From the NCBI GenBank assembly GCA_002792635.1, contig PFOR01000012.1, forward strand, positions 24,475-88,474: a stretch of 64,000 nucleotides of DNA, in the 5' to 3' direction. Both the position numbers and the translations under genes were made by a program. The notes beneath the pieces were generated by a model. It did not search any database. It saw only the letters and a program-made list of their open reading frames with translations, and had not been told where the DNA came from. The first letter of the stretch is position 1; each line of letters starts with the position of its first letter. Source of the DNA: Candidatus Pacearchaeota archaeon CG_4_10_14_0_2_um_filter_35_33 (GTDB lineage Archaea > Nanobdellota > Nanobdellia > Pacearchaeales > GW2011-AR1). Below are positions 57,993 through 64,000 of this stretch, in pieces.

Positions 57993-58640
57993 TTATTGTT
58001 TTCTTGCTACTATCTGCCCAGCCCTCCAGAAAAATGGCTTGGATTCTAGAATTTTGAACCCTTTCTTTTTTAGATACAAGGAGATGTCTGCTGTGGAAGC
58101 CTTATGACAAAGGTCCTCATCCTCTCCGAAGACGTCTTTTGATAAGTTTGGGAGGGTTATCTCAAATAAAGGCTTTTTGGAAAGTCTTGTTTTGAATTGT
58201 TTTAACTTATTTTGGTTATTTGGGTATCTTAGAATTAAAATCCCCTTCTGCTTGATCACTCTGGCTGCCTCATCAAGCATTTTCCAAGGTTCGAGAACAT
58301 GCTCTATAGTTTCAGCACTTATTACTGCATCAAATTCATTATCTTTAAATTTAAGAGATGTTGAGTCCATCACCTTAAATTGAGCCTTACCCTTCTTAGA
58401 CTCCTTGATAAACAAAGGAGAAATATCTATTCCCGTTACATCGTAGCCCTTGTCTGCTAGAAAGTTTGCTACTTGGCCAGCTCCTGAGCCGATATCAAGA
58501 ATTTTGGATCCTGGGGAAATATGCCTCCTTATTTTGTCCAGATATTTTCCATAAACAGAGAGATTGTGCCTTTTCAGCTGGTTTAGATATGGCTTGGAAC
58601 TTGAATAGAATTCCTTCATGTCTTTCTTTAAATTACCCAT
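57993..58640 (-). CDS. class I SAM-dependent methyltransferase
   Basis: LDIGSGAG, GIDIS, FDAV..IEHV. Confidence 0.9.
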   Translation of the reverse strand: MGNLKKDMKEFYSSSKPYLNQLKRHNLSVYGKYLDKIRRHISPGSKILDIGSGAGQVANFLADKGYDVTGIDISPLFIKESKKGKAQFKVMDSTSLKFKDNEFDAVISAETIEHVLEPWKMLDEAARVIKQKGILILRYPNNQNKLKQFKTRLSKKPLFEITLPNLSKDVFGEDEDLCHKASTADISLYLKKKGFKILESKPFFWRAGQIVARKQ

Positions 58641-58647
58641 TGAATTT

Positions 58648-59699
58648 CTATTTTGGCTGGTTTATATTGTTTTTGATTAATTCATACAATCTTTCAGTAG
58701 CCTTTCCATCTATTTTATAATAGTGTTTTTTAAGAAAGTTTTTCTCTCTTTTTAGCAAATCATCTAAATATCTTTTATCAGAGAGTACTCTTTTAATCTC
58801 TTTTTTTCCAGATTCCCGGTTTGTGATGTATGTGACTGCTTTTTCTTTCACCCAATCATTCGCTCCCCCATAATTGGCAAAATTAAATATGAATACAGGT
58901 TTGTTGAACATCATTGCCTCTAATGCCACTGTCGAGGTCATTGTAGAAAAGAAATCAGAAGATGCGATTGCCTCAAATGTGTCTTGTTTCCCATCCAAGA
59001 TGGTTGTAGATATATTTTCTTGTTCTGCAAGTTTTTTATATAGTTCAGCATCTAACTCTGCAGGATGTAGTTTGACCACTAAATGTATCTCATTAAATTC
59101 TTTTAAATCTTTTAACGCTTCGATTACCTTGAGAGTGGTTTTAGAGGGATCTGTGCCCCCTAATGTAACTAAAATTTCTTTTGGTTTTTTTCTAATGAAT
59201 TTATTTTTTTTGTTATACCTGTATAAGGAATCCTCAAATAAAACATATTCTGGGACTCCAAAAGAATTATGGGCTAATCTTTTTGGTATTGTATAAAGAG
59301 GATAAATATTTAGATCTGCCTGTCTTGCCCCTTCTCCTAGATTGTCAATAGTAATTATCTGCCGATAGTAATTATCTTTTTACACAGGTGCTTAATTTTT
59401 TTCACGTATTGTTTACTTAGTGATAATTTATCTATAATTGCAATTGGCTCGTCTATTGTTGATAAAAGCCTGGAAAATTCATCCATTTCTTCCTTTTCTG
59501 AAATTTTGGTAACTTCAAATCCATTTCTTTTGACAATATTAATTCCAGGAAGGTTCTTCATTACAAATCTTACATTATGGCCTAATTTCCTTAGATGTCT
59601 TGCGAGAGTTATGCTCCGTGTTATGTGTCCAGTTCCTTGCTCGTTTCTTGGACGGCTTTTTTCTGAGCTTCCCCCATCTACTCTAAAAATGAAGTTTTT
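58648..59699 (-). pseudogene. PseG/SpsG-like GT-B gene lacking a start codon and frameshifted by a 17-bp duplication
   Basis: FIFRVDGG..GTGHITRSITLA..KIITI|DNL..ILVTLGGTDP..VVKLHP..STVALEAM..DGKATER. Confidence 0.75.
59348..59377. repeat. 13-bp direct repeat with 4-bp spacer (frameshifting duplication)
   Basis: atagtaattatct-gccg-atagtaattatct. Confidence 0.9.
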
Positions 59700-60874
59700 T
59701 TAAAGGATATGTCTAACAACTTTTCAGAAGAATCTATTACCTCCCTGACAGATATCCTGTCAAGACAAACTATATTTTCTGGACAAAAAATTTTCCTCAT
59801 GCTCCTTGCACAAGGCCCACCATCAATCAATATTTTATGCCTCTTGCTATTTAATGGCCATGCACCCACTGCTTTTGCATAGGATGGGCCGAATAACTCA
59901 ACTATTTTTGCTTTTACTTGGTAAGCAATATGAACGATGCTTGTGTCTGTGGCTATCAGCAATTCTGATTTCTTTAACAATGGAGCCAATTCTCTGATGG
60001 AGAATAATCCGCAAACATCATAAATTTTAGACTTTGTTTTTTCCTGGATTTTTTCCGCAAGATAAGATTCTTCTTTGGTTCCAGTTACAAGAATATTATA
60101 CCCTTTTTTTGAGAAATGGTTTGCTACCTTTGCATATCTATCTACCGGCCATAAATGGGGAGGCCATTTTCCCCCCTTTAGAGTTTTTACAACGTGCTTT
60201 CCTCCGGGATGCATTACAATATATTTTTTTATTCGTTTCTTTTTCAAAAAGTTGTCTACTTTATTTTCTTCTTTTTTAGAATAATAAATTATGACGTCTT
60301 TTCTCGGGAACTTAAAACCTAATGATTCAAACATCTTAAATCCGAATTCAACCATGTGCGTACCCCATAGAGTAAATGGTTTCCTTGTAATGTGCAATTT
60401 GTTTTTGTAAACTAACAAACCCCTTATGCTTGGATAAAATGTAACCACCCTGTATTTAACGAACAAAAAATCCTTAAGTTTGAATGGGCCGAGACTTATA
60501 AAAAGTGCTGCATCAGGAGCATTTTTTTTTAATATATCAAGAGCTCTTCTTCCCTTGTGCTCTATCATTTCTATCCCAGGTATTTCTCCAAAATGCGATT
60601 TGGTTTTCTTATCAAGAAGAAAAGAAACATTTACTGAAGGATAAACTTTCTTAAAATAGTTGACAACGCCAAGAGCACAAAAATCGCCACCCACATTGCC
60701 CATTTCAGGATTTACTAAAACGACCAATATTTTTTTTATTTTATTTGTTTTAATTATTGTATACTTCGAAGGATCTAGTAGCAACCAAAGGAAATAATCT
60801 ATAAAAACAGAGGCTTTTCTAATAAATTCGTGCAATTCTGTTGATTTTTTTCTTAGTTTGGGGCCTAGTTTCAT
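59678..60874 (-). CDS. GT9 family glycosyltransferase
   Basis: GGD, MHPGG..W, TDTSIVHIA, LFGPS. Confidence 0.88.
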   Translation of the reverse strand: MKLGPKLRKKSTELHEFIRKASVFIDYFLWLLLDPSKYTIIKTNKIKKILVVLVNPEMGNVGGDFCALGVVNYFKKVYPSVNVSFLLDKKTKSHFGEIPGIEMIEHKGRRALDILKKNAPDAALFISLGPFKLKDFLFVKYRVVTFYPSIRGLLVYKNKLHITRKPFTLWGTHMVEFGFKMFESLGFKFPRKDVIIYYSKKEENKVDNFLKKKRIKKYIVMHPGGKHVVKTLKGGKWPPHLWPVDRYAKVANHFSKKGYNILVTGTKEESYLAEKIQEKTKSKIYDVCGLFSIRELAPLLKKSELLIATDTSIVHIAYQVKAKIVELFGPSYAKAVGAWPLNSKRHKILIDGGPCARSMRKIFCPENIVCLDRISVREVIDSSEKLLDISFKKTSFLE

Positions 60875-61365
60875 TTTTTAACTCTCAATTTTGTGACTAA
60901 ATCTACGGCTGGAAATATATATGCGAAATGCTTTTCATAAAAAACAGGATTTATTTTGGCGAGAGACCTCATAAAAAACCTTATATGGGGAAAAGTTATT
61001 CTTTGAGCCAATATTTCGAATTTATCGGACATGTTAGAGTTTTTGAAAGTTTCTGAATTGAAACCTCTTTTGTGTTGTAAATCGCCCCAAGCATTGTTGC
61101 TTGAAAAATGGGGTGTCCTGATATGAATCAAGGCTCCTTTTTTTGATATTCTGTGGATTTCGAGCATGACCTTATAGGCATCATCTAAGTGTTCTAAAAG
61201 GTTTTTCATTATGATTTCGTTAAACTGGTTGTCTTTGAAAGGATAGGGGATTTTATTTAAATCCCAGATTTTATCAACACCCTTAAACTTTTCAAAGTCG
61301 ACATTCACATAACCAGGTCTGATATCATCTCCGCTTCCGAGATTTAACTTTTCTATTTTTTGCAT
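60871..61365 (-). CDS. small class I methyltransferase-like protein
   Basis: KLNLGSG, VNVD, DLN..PYPF, LEHL, PH..D..H. Confidence 0.85.
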   Translation of the reverse strand: MQKIEKLNLGSGDDIRPGYVNVDFEKFKGVDKIWDLNKIPYPFKDNQFNEIIMKNLLEHLDDAYKVMLEIHRISKKGALIHIRTPHFSSNNAWGDLQHKRGFNSETFKNSNMSDKFEILAQRITFPHIRFFMRSLAKINPVFYEKHFAYIFPAVDLVTKLRVKK

Positions 61366-61395
61366 TAAAAAGTGATGAGCAGCCCATTTAAAAAA

Positions 61396-62931
61396 TTAAT
61401 GCTGGCCAAGTTTATTAAAAATCTTGTTCTTTATTGCAGATAAAATCATTAAATCTTCTCCATCTAAAAATCCCAGAATAAAAATTAGGAATAGATAAAC
61501 TAGGCCAAAAAATATTCCCAGTGTTAATAAGGAAAAAACATTTATATCAACGAAGCTTCTAGCCAATAGAAGGAGACCTATTGGAATCAAGGAAATAATA
61601 ACTATTGCTGGAAAACTCCTTTTTATAGGAATTATTTTGATATAATGTTTGGCCTCTGAAATCAAAAGTATTCCTAAAAATACATAGGTAATTGATGTGG
61701 CAACAGCCGCCCCAGTTATCCCATATTTTGGAATCAATATGATATTTAATATTGTATTTATTGCTCCGGTTATAATTGTGTTAATCAAAAGTAGTCTGGA
61801 TTTGCCAGCCATAGAAAGAAGGTTGTTTGATATAGTTGACATTGAATAAACTAACAAACCTAATGATAAAATCCTTAGGGCATTTTCAGCAGGTAGAAAT
61901 TCTGGCCCAAAAAGTATGTTTATTAGTGCACCAGGAAATAGGATTATTATTGAAAAAATAGGTATGTTTAAGATTAGAATCCATTTGTTGACTTGTTTAC
62001 TTAGTCCTTTCACAACACCTGTTTCTCGTTTTCCATACTCTTTTGTTATTATTGGGAAAAACATTTGAAAGAATAGTTGGGGCGCAAATGTTAATAAGAA
62101 GGCTATGGGCATGGCTGCGTTATAGAACCCCACCCATGTCGCATCCTGGAAGATTCCTATGAATAAAGTATCTATCCACAGATAAACTGAAGAAATTATA
62201 GAATAAAACATTACAGGCCAGGAGTATGAAATTAGGTCTTTCTTTGTTCTCACATTATTATCAGGGATTTTTCCAAGTATGACTGGAATCTGTTTTACGC
62301 AAACGAAATATGAAAAAATGAATAAGGTAATTATTGTTAGAAGATACGAAAGAGGTACCGATGTTGAACCAATTCCAAGGAATATTAGGGCAAGGACTGC
62401 AATTACTTTAAAAATGTTTTGGAATATATTTTGTAAAAAAGAATACCAAGCGACTTTTTCAAAAGCCTGGATCGTGGATAGAAATATGTTGGAAAGAAGT
62501 GAGAAAGGAATCATAAGACTAAATATTTTAAGAAATATCGTTAATGAAGGGTTATGAAAGAGGGTTAGAGATATTGGTTCTGCTAAGAAAAACAAAATTA
62601 CGGATGATGTTATCCCTGTAAAAATCAGAAAATATGAAGAAAATTTAAATATATATCTTATTTTTTCCGGCCTGTTTTGTCCTCGATACAGGGGCGTGAA
62701 TCTTAACATTCCCTGCGTCAGGCCCATGGTTGCTATTGCCCCAAACCATCCAACAACCATCAAAGACAGGGAAAGAAGTCCGTAAACCTCTGCTCCGAAA
62801 TATCTGGCAACTATAATCCTATAAACATAAGTGAATATTTTTGATAATACAACCCCAAAAAATACAATTATTGAAGATTTTACAATTAATTTAAGCGAAG
62901 TATCAAGAGTTTTTTTTTCAGATCTATTCAT
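61396..62931 (-). CDS. polysaccharide flippase (Wzx/AglR-like)
   Basis: ~14 TM, ARYFGAEVYG, DTLFIG..VGFYNAA, LIPKYGITGAA. Confidence 0.92.
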   Translation of the reverse strand: MNRSEKKTLDTSLKLIVKSSIIVFFGVVLSKIFTYVYRIIVARYFGAEVYGLLSLSLMVVGWFGAIATMGLTQGMLRFTPLYRGQNRPEKIRYIFKFSSYFLIFTGITSSVILFFLAEPISLTLFHNPSLTIFLKIFSLMIPFSLLSNIFLSTIQAFEKVAWYSFLQNIFQNIFKVIAVLALIFLGIGSTSVPLSYLLTIITLFIFSYFVCVKQIPVILGKIPDNNVRTKKDLISYSWPVMFYSIISSVYLWIDTLFIGIFQDATWVGFYNAAMPIAFLLTFAPQLFFQMFFPIITKEYGKRETGVVKGLSKQVNKWILILNIPIFSIIILFPGALINILFGPEFLPAENALRILSLGLLVYSMSTISNNLLSMAGKSRLLLINTIITGAINTILNIILIPKYGITGAAVATSITYVFLGILLISEAKHYIKIIPIKRSFPAIVIISLIPIGLLLLARSFVDINVFSLLTLGIFFGLVYLFLIFILGFLDGEDLMILSAIKNKIFNKLGQH

Positions 62932-62961
62932 GGATGATTAAGAAGTAATGTCTTTTTATGA

Positions 62962-64000
62962 TTATGCCTGTATTATATCATCAAAAATTTTTTTTAGTTT
63001 CATATTCCTTTCCTTTATAGTGTGGTTTTTTTCAAATTTTTTCCTTGCATTCAAGCCCATTTTTTTTATCTTTGAAGGATTTTTGATTAGATTTTCTAGC
63101 GCCCTCGTGAGTCTGTCTATTAAGCTTGGATCGTCCAAATTTAGTACCTCTTTCATAAACTCATCTTTTCTTATAAAAGTAGGATATCCTGGATTATTAT
63201 AGCCTTTAATTTTTTCGGATCTTTTAATTACCAACCCCGTGGTTCCGTTTTCCACGAAATCCCCCACTGCATATGTGTCCAGTGCAACTATTGGAATACC
63301 ATACGACATAGCTTCCAGAAAGGAAGAAACTGAATAATTATGACCAGGCATGAATAGAATGTCTGTAGTTTTATATAATTCCACTATATCCCTGTATGGG
63401 ATTTTCTTATCGATAACTTTTAGGTTGGATGTTCCTTCCAATTCTTTTTTTATCGATTCTGGAAGGTGACACCTAATTATTAAATCAACATCCTTTCTCT
63501 TAGAGAGTTTTTTAAATACCTTTATTACTTCCAACCCCCCCTTGATAAAAAAATCCTGGGGAATATTTATTGAGCCCATAAAAAGGATTCTGATTTTCTT
63601 TTTGTTATAAACCTTATTGACATTTTCAGGTTTTACCGCCAACTCAACAATTTCCACCTTGTCTGTTATTTTTTTTGAAAAATGTTTTTTTAGGAATGGA
63701 ATATGGGCTTGATTAGTGCAGATTATTTTTTTACATTCTGGAGACAGAAGAACCTTAGCAATTCTTTGCTTGTTTTTTAGGAATAATTCATAACTATTTC
63801 CAGCAAGACAAGCGGGATGGTCAAACATATAAAGCACCCAAGGTTTTGTTGAATTTGGAAGCAAGCCTTGGGAAAATATCACCTCAACATCGTCCAAAAC
63901 TTCTGATTTTTGAGTTGCTTCTATTAGCCGGGTTGTCTTAAACACTCTTAAGAATTTGTGATAAATCATTCTAATCGCCTTGGAGCCACTTATTTTTTTC
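62962..64000 (-). CDS. GT4 glycosyltransferase, 5' end likely outside the window
   Basis: KGG, FLEAMSYGIP; the frame stays open from ATG 63969 to the window edge. Confidence 0.88.
   Translation of the reverse strand, partial: KKISGSKAIRMIYHKFLRVFKTTRLIEATQKSEVLDDVEVIFSQGLLPNSTKPWVLYMFDHPACLAGNSYELFLKNKQRIAKVLLSPECKKIICTNQAHIPFLKKHFSKKITDKVEIVELAVKPENVNKVYNKKKIRILFMGSINIPQDFFIKGGLEVIKVFKKLSKRKDVDLIIRCHLPESIKKELEGTSNLKVIDKKIPYRDIVELYKTTDILFMPGHNYSVSSFLEAMSYGIPIVALDTYAVGDFVENGTTGLVIKRSEKIKGYNNPGYPTFIRKDEFMKEVLNLDDPSLIDRLTRALENLIKNPSKIKKMGLNARKKFEKNHTIKERNMKLKKIFDDIIQA

Overview
AT-rich archaeal chromosome segment, most consistent with a reduced DPANN genome (Pacearchaeota/Woesearchaeota-like). 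This is inferred from the archaeal ribosomal proteins, AMP phosphorylase plus R15P isomerase, AglB, and TATA-type promoters. 1-12.5 kb: FKBP PPIase, aIF5A, L40e, a site-2 protease, a CARF-like/wHTH divergent pair, the L1-L10-(orphan)-L12 operon, tRNA-Ser(TGA), AMP phosphorylase, and several decayed genes (HPr-like, NUDIX, HAD, a PurA tail). 12.6-27.2 kb: the S10/spc ribosomal superoperon through secY, DUF106 and prefoldin, with a rubredoxin-like insert and no rnp1 or adk. 28-64 kb: a ~36-kb surface-glycosylation island (aglB, AglH/Alg7-like, split Alg14/Alg13, flippases, GT2/GT4/GT9/GT-C, dTDP-sugar enzymes, methyltransferases, FemAB-like). The most unusual signal is a 64-aa stand-alone paralogue of the aIF5A N-terminal (hypusine-loop) domain. 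It is translationally coupled to a GT2 and flanked by queC and a nucleoside 2-deoxyribosyltransferase. Also notable are an in-frame A_AAA_AAG slippery site that would fuse two SDR epimerases, gene-conversion blocks between tandem SDRs, and a hairpin mini-insertion next to the tRNA. All calls are by-eye motif recognition; no searches were run.
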